Shown: piece after piece, positions 20,706 through 31,898 of the stretch
Numbering within the stretch: the stretch's first letter is position 1
How the letters are laid out: each line of letters opens with the position of its first letter
Source: a virus
IMG/VR virus record: IMGVR_UViG_3300048838_001252
Location: 18,446-82,445 of that record
Length of the DNA: 64,000 bases
Direction: 5' to 3' (one strand)
Position numbers and translations under genes: made by a program
The notes under the pieces: generated by a model
Told to the model about the DNA's origin: nothing
The model's input: only the letters and a program-made list of their open reading frames with translations
The model's database searches: none

Positions 20706-22361
20706 TTACTGTAAGTCACCAATTCCGAAAGTCTGAAGACCATCGCAGAAAATTCTACCGTAGTAACGGTTAAGAACCATTTTCTTTGCATAACGAGTCA
20801 TGATACCACGAATCGGAGTGAAATCGAATGGGTTGTACATAACCGGAGTCAACTGCATCGGTACGTAAGGAGCGTAAATGTAACCAGTCTCAAGGATTGA
20901 TGTACCTTTATGTCCAATAAGTACGGTGTTAGCAGGTGCGTATGGGTCACGATAAACGATGTAACGTCCACTAAGAGTACCAATTTTTTCAATACCCATG
21001 TTATACTTATCCTGTTCAGGACTTGCATTACTTACGTGGAAGTACTCAAGGTCATCGAATACTGCACTAACTTCAGGAGATACAACTACCCATGATGCAC
21101 CACCACGAAGAGTTGCTTTGTGAATCTGTGCTGAAATCTGGTTGATTTTTGTAACCAATGTCTGATTCCAGTCTTTCTGTGTACCGTAGTATGCAGTAGA
21201 TTGTCTACGAAGACCATTATAGTCCCAACGAGCAGTCCATGCAGCACCTCTACGAAGGTCACGAAGAATTTCACGGTCGATTTCAGCAGCCATTTGTTCT
21301 GAAAGAAGAGCAGTTAACTCAGCTTCAGCGTCAATGTTGTGGAATGCACTAACGTCCTGTGCAAGTTCTGGTGTCCACATAGCACGCATTTTACGTGTTT
21401 CAACAGATACTGTTACTTGGTCAAGTACGAAAGTTACTTCAGCCATTCTTGAATCTTCTTCAAGGTCAGAGTATACTCTGTAAGTTACAGAGAAAGTAGG
21501 TGTGCTTGCAGCACTCATTGCTTGATAACCATCAGTTCCAGCGTACTGTAAGTCAGCGATAAGAACGATTTGACCATCTGAGTTAACAATTGGCTGTCCG
21601 TATTTCTGAACTTTTACGTTGAAAGGAATAGCATCACCAGCAGCGATACCTTCAAAACCAGCAGGTGCAGTTAATGCAACATCTGCAAATACTTTCAATC
21701 CAGCAAGGAAAGTTTCAGTATCCATAGGAACACCAGCAGGACCGATTAATTTACCCTGTGAATCGGTAGCGAAACCACCAACTGTTAAGGTAACGAATTT
21801 ATCAGTACCAAGTACAAATGTAGCTGCTGTAGTAGCACCTGTGATTACGTCAATCTGACCCCTTGAACGGTCGAACAATGAAGTACCTTCTTCACCATAT
21901 TCAGTTGCATAGAATGCATCGTATAATGAACGTTCTTCAAATCCGGTTCTGTTAGTGTTAGTTGCTGCGTTCTGGTATGCACCATTTGGTGATGTATGAA
22001 TTCCAGTTTCAGCATCAGTTACTCTAACGCTTGCTTTAGGGTTGATGTAGTATAATTTACCAATAGGTAAATTGAGAGCCTGTACAGAAACGATGTCGTT
22101 TGCTAAAAGTTTAGCAAATACCCTACGAATAACAGGGAATGCAACAGTTTCAAACTGACCTGACGCTGCAGAATCAGTAGATTCGTTAATCATGTGTGAA
22201 AGCTGGTTTTCGAATAACTGCGCACAGTTTTCTTTAACATTACCTTCAAGTCCTTCAAGAAGACCAATCTTTTCCCACCTGTTGGTGGTTATTTCTCTTT
22301 GCTCACGAAGTTGTTTTAATCCAATATTACCAACTTCTGCGCTTTCCATTAAAAATCCCAT
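20706..22361 (-). CDS. Major capsid protein (T4 gp23-like)
   Basis: RKMRA.WTPELAQD..A.H.IDAEAEL, EIDREIL, YAPYVP, GIMTRY. Confidence 0.97.
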   Translation of the reverse strand: MGFLMESAEVGNIGLKQLREQREITTNRWEKIGLLEGLEGNVKENCAQLFENQLSHMINESTDSAASGQFETVAFPVIRRVFAKLLANDIVSVQALNLPIGKLYYINPKASVRVTDAETGIHTSPNGAYQNAATNTNRTGFEERSLYDAFYATEYGEEGTSLFDRSRGQIDVITGATTAATFVLGTDKFVTLTVGGFATDSQGKLIGPAGVPMDTETFLAGLKVFADVALTAPAGFEGIAAGDAIPFNVKVQKYGQPIVNSDGQIVLIADLQYAGTDGYQAMSAASTPTFSVTYRVYSDLEEDSRMAEVTFVLDQVTVSVETRKMRAMWTPELAQDVSAFHNIDAEAELTALLSEQMAAEIDREILRDLRRGAAWTARWDYNGLRRQSTAYYGTQKDWNQTLVTKINQISAQIHKATLRGGASWVVVSPEVSAVFDDLEYFHVSNASPEQDKYNMGIEKIGTLSGRYIVYRDPYAPANTVLIGHKGTSILETGYIYAPYVPMQLTPVMYNPFDFTPIRGIMTRYAKKMVLNRYYGRIFCDGLQTFGIGDLQ

Positions 22362-22382
22362 TGTATGAATGTTTTAAATTTT

Positions 22383-23939
22383 TTAAAGATTATTTTTTTT
22401 GCCTCTATGTTCTACGTATTCAATAAGTTTTTTCATTTTCTGAATATGTTTATCGTTTTCGTAGGCTGTTTTTTCCACTACTTCGTCAAGTTTTTGTTTT
22501 GAAGACGGTTGAATTGAGGCGTTCACCTTTTCTTCAATACTTTCAGTTAAAGTTTTTTTGCTTTCTTTCATTTCTGTAAGAACTGCTTTATACTTCTTCT
22601 GTGATTCAGTAATGCTATCAACTTTTTTAAATTCGTTGATAATTTTAATTTTATCTTCCTGAGTCAATGCCAATTCTTCATTTACCAAAAGGTTATTTAC
22701 ATGTGCCAAATTGGTATTAAAAACTGCCATCTCCTTCAATTGATTACGATACTTGTCAAGTGCGGTCTTATAGCTTTCAACTAAAGTTCCAACGGATTCC
22801 TTGTACTTCTTTGTTTCGTTCATTTTCTTGGTCAACTTCTTGTTTTCCTCAAGTAAACTTTCAAACTTTTTCTCAGTACTTTCGTTTTGTGGATTGTTTA
22901 CACTACCATAACGTTTGTGACGCTGTGGTGCGAAATCTTTTCCCGGTAAATGGTCACCAGCTACATGTTTGCTTGTACTGTGAGCCATACCAGATGCTTC
23001 ATCAACAGATTGCTCTGCAGGTGCACCCAATACTGCTTCAATATCAGCATCAGTAATTGGTTCTTCATCAATCATCTGAGTGGTAGGACCACCATTTTCA
23101 CGACCGGGGATACTTTGTTTTCCACCTTGGTTCTTCTGTTCTTCTACAGGTAATTCTTCGTCAATCATTTGAGTGGTCGGACCACCATTTTCACGACCCG
23201 GAATACTCTGTTTTCCACCTTGATTTTTCTGCTCTTCAACGCCAAACCCTTTAATCATTTCATCGAGTTTGTTTCTCATGTTAACAAGTTCTGAATATGG
23301 GTCACTATCTTTAGCTTCTTCCATAGCATTCATCCCGTTAAGGTTTTCCATGCTTGCAATTTCGCTTTCAATTTCTTCCATTGTTAGAACTTCGTCTTCA
23401 TCATCAGCATTTTCCAAAGCAGAACCGACACTATCAACATCGAGTTCTGTTACATCAAATTCTTCAGAAATGTTTGAAATCGGTTTTCCTGAACTTGGAT
23501 TTACTTTATCGGTGAAGATGTTACCTTTCTCGGTTTCACCTTTTCCCTGATTTGGCGTATCGCTTTCGATATCAGCCATAAATTCTTTCTCACGTTCTTC
23601 TTTAACGGTTTCAAGTCCTTTTGCTTTTTCATCAAAGGGTTTTCCTTCTCCAGCATTTTCTTTTACAACCTTTTTGGTCTCTTTAGTTTGATTCTTCATA
23701 ACAGATTCTTTATTTGTTTCAACATCATCTGATTCCTCAGATTCTTTCTTTACATCCAATTTTTTATAGGATTCTTTTTTTGATTTATTTTTATTTATTT
23801 CTTCCTTTAATAAGCTACTAAACTTTTCAGGAAATTCTTCGGCTAATTTCTTTTTAGCATTAGTTTCCGCAGCCTCCTTGATTGCATTGTAATCAGTTAA
23901 GGCTTCTTTAATAATCGATGATTTTTTATCGTCTTTCAT
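22383..23939 (-). CDS. Prohead scaffold/core protein (gp22-like)
   Basis: Acidic coiled coil between protease and MCP; many L/I-x-E sites. Confidence 0.7.
   Translation of the reverse strand: MKDDKKSSIIKEALTDYNAIKEAAETNAKKKLAEEFPEKFSSLLKEEINKNKSKKESYKKLDVKKESEESDDVETNKESVMKNQTKETKKVVKENAGEGKPFDEKAKGLETVKEEREKEFMADIESDTPNQGKGETEKGNIFTDKVNPSSGKPISNISEEFDVTELDVDSVGSALENADDEDEVLTMEEIESEIASMENLNGMNAMEEAKDSDPYSELVNMRNKLDEMIKGFGVEEQKNQGGKQSIPGRENGGPTTQMIDEELPVEEQKNQGGKQSIPGRENGGPTTQMIDEEPITDADIEAVLGAPAEQSVDEASGMAHSTSKHVAGDHLPGKDFAPQRHKRYGSVNNPQNESTEKKFESLLEENKKLTKKMNETKKYKESVGTLVESYKTALDKYRNQLKEMAVFNTNLAHVNNLLVNEELALTQEDKIKIINEFKKVDSITESQKKYKAVLTEMKESKKTLTESIEEKVNASIQPSSKQKLDEVVEKTAYENDKHIQKMKKLIEYVEHRGKKNNL
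23061..23240 (-). repeat. Tandem 93-bp in-frame duplication in scaffold gene
   Basis: VEEQKNQGGKQSIPGRENGGPTTQMIDEE twice, with synonymous differences. Confidence 0.9.
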
Positions 23940-24066
23940 GTTGTTAATAAGTCGTATCTAATACTATAATTTTTATATAAATACATTCTCATTGCGAAAA
24001 AGTATGTTTTTTTATAAAATTCTTGATGTTTCCGAATTTTATCATTATTTTTGCCACCATTTTTTC

Positions 24067-24768
24067 TTATAATAAGAATCGATTTACGGCTGTTATTATT
24101 TTACTGTCCTCTTCTTTTAAATAAATACCGTTCTTGTTCACATAGTTCTCACCGAATCCAACGCTATTTTGTTTTTCTGGAAATAAATATGCACCGGGAG
24201 TACTTGGCGTAGCTACAAGGTCGAAACCGATTAATTCAAAATCATTCTGAACCATGTTTTCACCATTAACTTCTTTGAGTGTACCAACACCACGACTGGA
24301 AATACCTAACTTAATTTTATTTTGTAGGTACAATACAATCTTATCACCAACTACTGAAACAACACCATATTTTATGTATCCCGGAGAAACAATTAATTTC
24401 AACTGACCATATAAAACATTTTCTTGCTCATTACTTCCCCACCACATCTTTGTAATCATGTGAGAGATATTTTGAAGCGATATGATACTACTATCTGGGT
24501 GGTCGGCTTCTGAAACAGCACTGTTTGTTTTAACCAATTCCTGATAAACGTCAACTTGTGGTATTAAAACGTCTTTGGGGTAGATACGACCGTTTTTGTT
24601 TTTAACGCCCCATTTTTGTAAAATACAGTTAACTAATACAGGTTGTCCGGGTTTTAACTCAAAACTTTCGGTTAAAATATCCTTGTTGATTTCACTATTA
24701 ATATATCCAGCATCATGTTCAATCAGAATTCCGAATCCAACATCACCTGCTTGTAATATCTTGCTCAT
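24067..24768 (-). CDS. Prohead protease (T4 gp21-like)
   Basis: KNKNGRIYP, EADHP, GISSRGVG, DLVATPSTPGA. Confidence 0.93.
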   Translation of the reverse strand: MSKILQAGDVGFGILIEHDAGYINSEINKDILTESFELKPGQPVLVNCILQKWGVKNKNGRIYPKDVLIPQVDVYQELVKTNSAVSEADHPDSSIISLQNISHMITKMWWGSNEQENVLYGQLKLIVSPGYIKYGVVSVVGDKIVLYLQNKIKLGISSRGVGTLKEVNGENMVQNDFELIGFDLVATPSTPGAYLFPEKQNSVGFGENYVNKNGIYLKEEDSKIITAVNRFLL

Positions 24769-24797
24769 AATAATTTCTTTAATATAAATAGTTTTGT

Positions 24798-24953
24798 TTA
24801 TCGTTTTTTATTGTCACCGTTTTTTGATGTCGATAAACTCACAATTTTTCCCGCATTATTAATGTTTAATAAAAAAGCACGGGTTTCTAATTTTGCAATA
24901 GCTTCTTCAAGAACTAAATTAATTTCCTTGAGTTTTTTAATTTTTTCCGGCAT
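24798..24953 (-). CDS. Small hypothetical protein (51 aa)
   Basis: MPEKIKKLKEINLVLEEAIAKLE... fills the gap; below ORF-track cutoff. Confidence 0.35.
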   Translation of the reverse strand: MPEKIKKLKEINLVLEEAIAKLETRAFLLNINNAGKIVSLSTSKNGDNKKR

Positions 24954-24966
24954 GTCGATAAAAATA

Positions 24967-25446
24967 TTATTCTGTTTTCGTTAACTTTTCTAACTTTCCT
25001 TGAATCTCATCAAGTTTTGTTAAAATTTCGTTGGTTTGAAAACTCTCTATCTTTCCTTGAATATCTCCAAGAAGTTTCATAATTTTTTCGGATTCAACTT
25101 TCCCAATTTTCTCACTTAAATCAAGAAGAACAGATACACCATTTAATACATACAGGGTTTCTTTTTCACTTTCCATCCACTGTCGTGTTCTTTCTTCTTC
25201 ACGTTTAAGCATTTCCAATCTAATTTTCTCCAGTGTTTCATTATGTTCTTTTCTGATATTGTCTACTTTTGCAATTTGTTGGTCTTGCATTAATTTAAAA
25301 TCTGCGCTTTTCTTTCTAAAGACACGTATGTAATATATCCACGAAATCATAGTGACTATGGTGGATAAGATAAACAGGTAAAAGAAAGCGTTATAGTACC
25401 AAATCGGATGGTGAACAACTAATATCGTTTGTAGGATTGAACTCAT
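24967..25446 (-). CDS. Membrane-anchored coiled-coil protein (possible lysis accessory)
   Basis: TM helix then coiled coil; late-type motif at 25462. Confidence 0.5.
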   Translation of the reverse strand: MSSILQTILVVHHPIWYYNAFFYLFILSTIVTMISWIYYIRVFRKKSADFKLMQDQQIAKVDNIRKEHNETLEKIRLEMLKREEERTRQWMESEKETLYVLNGVSVLLDLSEKIGKVESEKIMKLLGDIQGKIESFQTNEILTKLDEIQGKLEKLTKTE

Positions 25447-25541
25447 TTTTTCGTTTTAATAATAAATAGTTTAAATAGTTCAAATGTTTTGTCTATTTTT
25501 ATATTTTTTACTGTGAGGTATTTATATTTAAAATCAAAAGA

Positions 25542-28500
25542 ATGGCAAGTAATGTAGAACTTATTGACCCGAATGTGGTTGCGACAAAAGGAAATCCACA
25601 TGTTAACGGTATACCACAATATCAGGACATGTATATTTTTGCCGAACTAACTGCAAAGAGTAGAGGTAGGACTGTTGTTATAACCACAAACGATGGGAAT
25701 ATAAGTAAAGGAACATTTAAAACAGGTTTAGAAAAACCAAGAAACGTTAATCTATTAGGTGTGAATCAAATAGAAGATGACCCAAACTATCTTAATTTTA
25801 CCACGAATTATTATGATGGTAGTACTGGAAATTATACACAATATGAAAGTTTTGGTATTAATAATATTAAGGTAATTATCAATTCATCGTTTGTTCCACA
25901 AGTAAACGTACAATTTGTTGATATAAGGGGTTTATCTTTCTTCAATCAAGAAGGTTCTCCATATAGAATGCTTTTTGATTTTCCACCACCAGTTTTTGAA
26001 TTATCAATTAAGGGATATTATGGTAAAACACTTACATATCAACTACATCTCGTAAAATATACCACAGAATTTCAATCTGATACCGGAAACTTTGTTATTG
26101 ATGCACAATTTGTGGCAGTTACATTTGCGCCACTAAGCGATGTATTATTTAGATATGTTGTAAATGGTGCATTAATAGATAGAAATGTTTCATTATCACC
26201 CGAACCCGGAACTCCACCAAATAATACATTTGAATTAATAACCAAATTAAAAAATTTATATACTCCACTTCCAGAATTTGTAAAAACAGATGTTGAGGTT
26301 AAAGAATATGATAATGCAAATGCCGATATAAAGGGTATTGAAACATTGGTTTCTATAATTCGAAATTTTAAAGCAGACCCTGCCTTGGAAAAACTTGGCA
26401 ATACATTTTTAATTGCCAAACAAAACGACCCAAAAAATTTTGTTCAGGTTGAAGTAACACCTGTTGTTGAAGACGATGACAATATTATTATATTAGAATC
26501 GTTATCTCAATATGATGATATTATAAAAAGTCTTGCAACCGATAGTATTCCCACAACAATGACAAATAGATTGTATATTGTGACACCTACACAATATAAT
26601 ACAAGTCCCGAAGAAAAATACAATCCTTTCGCCACAGGCGATAATCCAATAAAAAGTTTTCCCGAACTACTTCCCGGTAAAATTAATAGTGAGAGATTGG
26701 CTTTTGATTCATTTAAAAATAAACTTGTTAAAAGAACAACAGAAATACTTGGAAGCACAGAATCTGTAACCCAATCGCAAATATCTGATATTATATTTGA
26801 TAACTATAAAAATGTTTCAACCAATAAATTACAAAAAGAAACAACAAAATATATAGGTATTGATATCACTGACTATTATTTGAAACTATATAAAACAAAT
26901 TTTTCGTTAAATAAGGATAAAGCCACGCTTTCAAAAAATATCGCAACAAAAATAAATAACATGATATCCCAAAATCTGGGTATGATGCCAACAATTTATA
27001 ATGTTTTTAAAATAATATTGGATGATGTTGATACATTTTTTGAAAAATTAAGAGATACTTCGAAGGAAGCAGAAGTCAAACATAATGAATCTTCAAGCAG
27101 AAACATTATTATTGGTGATAGTTATAAGGACAATCAAGATAAAATATTTGCATTTCCGTTAATTGTTGATACACAAAAAGTTGTTTGTGGTGGAAATAAA
27201 GAAGAAAGAATAGCACCAATAGAATTAAGTAAAAAAACCACATTTCCTGAAATGGATTTAGTAAATAAATTTATTAAAACATTTTTTGACCAACAGAAAT
27301 TGGAGATTTTAAATACAATGCGTGAGAAAAAAAATGCTGAAGGTGTTAACGAGTGGTTACCAGTATCACCAGCAGATTCAACCATTGGCTCAAAAGATAC
27401 CAAGAGTCCTTATGCTGGTGTTGATACCACAACGGGTATACCTAATTTATCTGAAGATAATAGGTTGTCACAAATATTAAAGATTGTTTTAAAGCGATAC
27501 TACGCATTATCTCAGGGTATTATACCAAATGCTTTTTATAATACATATAATGGTCGTGTAAATGATGCTTATGTTAAATTATATGCTGAATCTGAAGCAG
27601 TAAACCTTGCAACATCTGCAACAAATTCTGAATATGGAAATCTTTTAAAATCAAACGCTGCAATTTATAAGGATAATATTAATGGTATAAATGGTTTTTA
27701 TACGCTATTACAGAATACCGTTCCAGATTTTTATGGGTTCGATAATGATGTGGTGACCTCTATCAATATTACAGATACTAATGATGTGTATGTGGATAAA
27801 AATAATCCAAATTTTGAGGGAGTTATAATATACAGAAATGATATAAGCGAACAACAAGTAGATAAAAACTCAAATAGACCAATAGATAAATTCAAAGCGG
27901 GGGTACAAAAAACTTTTTTCACCACAACAAAAAAAGAAGAATATTATACCTTCACAGAGGAAAACGTTCAATTCATTGCAGATAAAAGAAGAAATAAAAG
28001 TGGTGAAGATAAAAGACAAAATAAGGACGATGGGAAGGGTAATAACATTATTACCAGATTTTTGACTGATGTGGAAATGAAAGTTGAAAATATCAACGAA
28101 ACTGATGACTATCCAACTGTTCAACAATTATTAAATAGCGGTAATGCTGTTTGGGGATATTTGGGTACAAGTGCAGCTAAACAAAACATTAATCGATTTG
28201 AAAATATTATCGACATATGGGTTGACCAATTATCCAGTAAATATGGTGGTCAATTTTTTGATAATTTAATACATGATGAAATAATTAATACTCGTTCAAA
28301 ATTAAGTGCAATGTTTATTCTTTCGAATTTTGGACATGCACTCGCAACATTCAATGTAAAACCAAGTGCTTTAAATGAACTTATATTTACCACACCCGCA
28401 GTAGTTGAAGTTCCAAGATTTTTACCTGCATATATTGGTGCACTTATTGATGCTAAAGAAGATGGGTGGGATAATGAAATTATTGATTTTTTTACTGCCG

Positions 28501-30068
28501 GAACGGGTTCGAAATTCTACAATAATGGCTGCTTAATAATTGCAGATTATGTTGACGTGAATAAATATATTTCTAAAAAAGACAAAGAAATTTTTAGGCA
28601 AGAGTTTCTCGATTATTATTCGAATGGTGCAGAACGTGGAGAGTATTATAGATATGCATCAAGACTAAAAAATTTATATGACAGTGTTAATAGTGGCAAT
28701 AAAGATAAAAAAGATACATATGAGGAATATTTAAATACTACAGGTGATTATTATGATGGTGTCATATTACCAATGATTGAAAGAACAAATCTTGCAATTT
28801 TTAGTGAAAGAACATTCAGGAGAGTAACCACATATCCTGCCACATACAGGTCGATAAAAAATATGACAGGTAAAACAGAAAGTGAAACAAATATAAATTA
28901 TTTTAAGGTCTTCTTGACCAAACTAAATGATGAAATTCTTAAAAAGGATGAAGAATTAAAGGAGCAGGAAGTTGAAGAAGAAAAAAAGAAAAGCGATAAG
29001 GACATTATAACCCAAACATACTATTCATTTAAAAATATTAATGATAAGTGGTTAACAGGTCCTACTCAAAGCAATACCTATGGATATCCGTTTAATAGAA
29101 CTAACAGAGCAAGACTAATTGATTCGTTTGTATTTGTTGATAGAGCAATGAATCCTATCGGTGACACTATACTCAATGCTGAAATACTTATTGATTTATT
29201 TGAAGACCCTAACGTAAGTTTATTCAGTGTTTTATCACAACTTTTATCGCTTAATGGATTTGAGTTTTTTCCACTACAAAATTTTATGTCATATACTAAT
29301 GACTCGTGGGAAGATTCTTTCAGAATTGATACAAGTGGTGATGCTGGTCAAAGAACCGCATTTGTGTGTATGTATATAGGTGGCACATCAAGTTATCCCT
29401 CAACAGGTAGTAATGATTTTATTAATGATGGAATAGTTGATTTAGGAAATACTGATGCCAAAGATTTCAGCACTACTGAAGAAAATTGTGAACAATTTCC
29501 AGATTTTGATAATCAAGTAGCATCTAACGAAGATTTTCCTTATAGAAAAGTCAGAGCATTTCGTGTTAGATTTGGAGAACAAAATCAATCGATGTTTATT
29601 AACATGAAAATCGATAGTAAGGAATATCCAGAAACAAACGAAAGCATTCAAATTTTATCAAGATTGGCTGGTGATAATAGAGAGCAAGCACCCATACCTA
29701 AAGGACAAAATTTATATAATCTGTACGAAAATAGGGCGTATAGCGCAACAATTACTGGTCTGGGAAATGCTATGATTCAACCAACACAATATTTTCAATT
29801 AGAAAACATTCCTATATTTAACGGAGCGTATCTTATATTAAGTGTTGAGCATTCAATTACTGCGAATAAAATGACTACGAGTTTTACTGGCACTAAAATT
29901 ATGAAATATCCGATGCCAAGAGTAACATCACCATTTGCTTTTGCAGGTTTTGATGGTGAGTTGGATTTAAGCGAATTAACTCCGGGAGAACTTACACAGG
30001 CTGCAAATGCAATTAATACAGAACAAAAGGCACAATTTAACTCAATGTATGAATTCAAAATTCAATAA
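25542..30068 (+). CDS. Large baseplate hub-like structural protein
   Basis: 1508 aa; C-terminal LGNAMIQPTQYF.L.NIP.FNGAY.I.SV.HSI hub-like motif; late motif at 25518. Confidence 0.65.
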   Translation: MASNVELIDPNVVATKGNPHVNGIPQYQDMYIFAELTAKSRGRTVVITTNDGNISKGTFKTGLEKPRNVNLLGVNQIEDDPNYLNFTTNYYDGSTGNYTQYESFGINNIKVIINSSFVPQVNVQFVDIRGLSFFNQEGSPYRMLFDFPPPVFELSIKGYYGKTLTYQLHLVKYTTEFQSDTGNFVIDAQFVAVTFAPLSDVLFRYVVNGALIDRNVSLSPEPGTPPNNTFELITKLKNLYTPLPEFVKTDVEVKEYDNANADIKGIETLVSIIRNFKADPALEKLGNTFLIAKQNDPKNFVQVEVTPVVEDDDNIIILESLSQYDDIIKSLATDSIPTTMTNRLYIVTPTQYNTSPEEKYNPFATGDNPIKSFPELLPGKINSERLAFDSFKNKLVKRTTEILGSTESVTQSQISDIIFDNYKNVSTNKLQKETTKYIGIDITDYYLKLYKTNFSLNKDKATLSKNIATKINNMISQNLGMMPTIYNVFKIILDDVDTFFEKLRDTSKEAEVKHNESSSRNIIIGDSYKDNQDKIFAFPLIVDTQKVVCGGNKEERIAPIELSKKTTFPEMDLVNKFIKTFFDQQKLEILNTMREKKNAEGVNEWLPVSPADSTIGSKDTKSPYAGVDTTTGIPNLSEDNRLSQILKIVLKRYYALSQGIIPNAFYNTYNGRVNDAYVKLYAESEAVNLATSATNSEYGNLLKSNAAIYKDNINGINGFYTLLQNTVPDFYGFDNDVVTSINITDTNDVYVDKNNPNFEGVIIYRNDISEQQVDKNSNRPIDKFKAGVQKTFFTTTKKEEYYTFTEENVQFIADKRRNKSGEDKRQNKDDGKGNNIITRFLTDVEMKVENINETDDYPTVQQLLNSGNAVWGYLGTSAAKQNINRFENIIDIWVDQLSSKYGGQFFDNLIHDEIINTRSKLSAMFILSNFGHALATFNVKPSALNELIFTTPAVVEVPRFLPAYIGALIDAKEDGWDNEIIDFFTAGTGSKFYNNGCLIIADYVDVNKYISKKDKEIFRQEFLDYYSNGAERGEYYRYASRLKNLYDSVNSGNKDKKDTYEEYLNTTGDYYDGVILPMIERTNLAIFSERTFRRVTTYPATYRSIKNMTGKTESETNINYFKVFLTKLNDEILKKDEELKEQEVEEEKKKSDKDIITQTYYSFKNINDKWLTGPTQSNTYGYPFNRTNRARLIDSFVFVDRAMNPIGDTILNAEILIDLFEDPNVSLFSVLSQLLSLNGFEFFPLQNFMSYTNDSWEDSFRIDTSGDAGQRTAFVCMYIGGTSSYPSTGSNDFINDGIVDLGNTDAKDFSTTEENCEQFPDFDNQVASNEDFPYRKVRAFRVRFGEQNQSMFINMKIDSKEYPETNESIQILSRLAGDNREQAPIPKGQNLYNLYENRAYSATITGLGNAMIQPTQYFQLENIPIFNGAYLILSVEHSITANKMTTSFTGTKIMKYPMPRVTSPFAFAGFDGELDLSELTPGELTQAANAINTEQKAQFNSMYEFKIQ

Positions 30069-30070
30069 TC

Positions 30071-31021
30071 ATGGCATATAGACAATTAACAGAAGAGGGT
30101 AAAAGTTTCATTAGAAAAATTTGTGAAGGTAATGGTAATAGCTTACTTTCTGGAAAGAGTCGATTTAAAATCAAAGACCCCACCAACAAATTGTACAACC
30201 CTAATGGAGTTTTACCCTATTGTACCCCAGAAACACCTGCAACAAAAATCTGGACATCAAATGCTAAGTATGAAGGTAGTTTAATTACAACAAATGCTGC
30301 TCTGGGTGAAGCACTTATTAAGTGGTATGACAAATACGGAAAAATATATGAAATGGATGCTAATGTTTTAGCAGCGCAAGCATTTCAGGAATCTGGCTAT
30401 TATATTTGGAATTATGCATTAACAAGCACGGCTTCCGGTATTAGTCAATTTACTGCCGATACACTTTGGGGAATTATTATAAATAATAATCATCCAAATA
30501 TTACACCTTTATTTACTGACGATGAAATTAATGCAATAGCAAATAACATCACAGACAATAAATTTGATAAAAATTCATATACTGTTAAAAGTGATAGTAA
30601 TGGTAGAAAAAATAGGGCAATAATACATCAAAATGTTATCGATAACCCAGAAATAATGATTAAAGCACAATTTAGATACATGAAGTACATTGCAAACAAA
30701 TGCGATGGATTGGCAAGTTCAACATTATTGGGTTATAGTAGGGGGGACGGTCTTGCAACTAAATCATATGCTGAATCCATAAATAAAGTAATTAATTATG
30801 GAGTAAAAAAAGAAATGGATGAATATGAAAAAGAAGGTATTGACTACGTTTTTAAAATCTTTGCTTTATTAGGCGATAAAAATAACGAACTTACAAGTTC
30901 AAAACCCCAAGGTTATTATTTTGGTTATGATAAGGGAACACTGGATTTGAAAATGAGAAGTGGTGTTGTTTTTGATGCTCAAACCGCATTGGCTATTGAT
31001 TCTAACGTGAGATACCAATAA
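30071..31021 (+). CDS. Lysozyme-fold/lytic transglycosylase (tail-associated?)
   Basis: LAAQAFQES...ASGISQF SLT-type motif. Confidence 0.7.
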   Translation: MAYRQLTEEGKSFIRKICEGNGNSLLSGKSRFKIKDPTNKLYNPNGVLPYCTPETPATKIWTSNAKYEGSLITTNAALGEALIKWYDKYGKIYEMDANVLAAQAFQESGYYIWNYALTSTASGISQFTADTLWGIIINNNHPNITPLFTDDEINAIANNITDNKFDKNSYTVKSDSNGRKNRAIIHQNVIDNPEIMIKAQFRYMKYIANKCDGLASSTLLGYSRGDGLATKSYAESINKVINYGVKKEMDEYEKEGIDYVFKIFALLGDKNNELTSSKPQGYYFGYDKGTLDLKMRSGVVFDAQTALAIDSNVRYQ

Positions 31022-31044
31022 AAAATGCCACATTGTGGCATTTT
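31020..31044. terminator. Bidirectional terminator
   Basis: AAAATGCCACA-t-TGTGGCATTTT. Confidence 0.7.
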
Positions 31045-31822
31045 AAAGTAATTCTTTTTTCAGTTCATGTAGTGAGATTATGTCCTCGTCTACTTTATCT
31101 TCTTTATACACCATTTCCTTAATCTTCTCAATTGCTTTCGTTATACTGTCTTTAACACTTTCTTTATTTAATCCTTCTAAAATACTGAGGCTCTCGTTCT
31201 TATATGCTTCAAGTAATTCCTCTTTTTCTTTATTGTTTGATTTAATTAAAGTGTGAAGTAGATTTTTGTCATCTTCATTTAATGAATTATATTTTTCGTT
31301 AAATTTATCAATCGCTATCTCAATAACGTCTTCATTTATTGGTTCAACATCAACGTTCTCGATTAAATTTTTCTTAGCAGTTCTTACATGATTTAGAACA
31401 AAACTAAATGATTCGTGAATTGCATCAACATCGATTTTATCGTAGTCATTTAATGATTCTGTAATTAATCTGTCAATTGCAGTGTATAATTGAACCCTAT
31501 TATCCTCAACCGGAAGATTTTCCTCACTAATAAACGCATTTAACTTCTCACGTTCAGCATCGATTTCTTCAATGGTGTACACTTCAAATAACTTGATATT
31601 ATTATCAATATATCTGGTAGCAACCAATTCGTTATCTATGTGTTTGTTTTCGATGTTGTTAAAAACCTTAAACTCTAACTGTAGAATTGGAGATTCCTTT
31701 ACTACATCGAAAAAATCAACAGTTAACTTTTTCGATTCCTCAATTAAACTACTATTAAAATAAGAATCTTTTAATTTGTTTGAAATTATCAAATTAGCAA
31801 TTCCTATGTTGAAATTTTTCAT
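31043..31822 (-). CDS. Hypothetical late protein next to portal
   Basis: 259 aa helical ORF; late motif at 31843. Confidence 0.6.
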   Translation of the reverse strand: MKNFNIGIANLIISNKLKDSYFNSSLIEESKKLTVDFFDVVKESPILQLEFKVFNNIENKHIDNELVATRYIDNNIKLFEVYTIEEIDAEREKLNAFISEENLPVEDNRVQLYTAIDRLITESLNDYDKIDVDAIHESFSFVLNHVRTAKKNLIENVDVEPINEDVIEIAIDKFNEKYNSLNEDDKNLLHTLIKSNNKEKEELLEAYKNESLSILEGLNKESVKDSITKAIEKIKEMVYKEDKVDEDIISLHELKKELL

Positions 31823-31898
31823 ACGGTTTAATTCGATTTATTATAAATACTCTAATTAATTATAAACGTTTATTTAACATCAATTTTATTAAATACTT

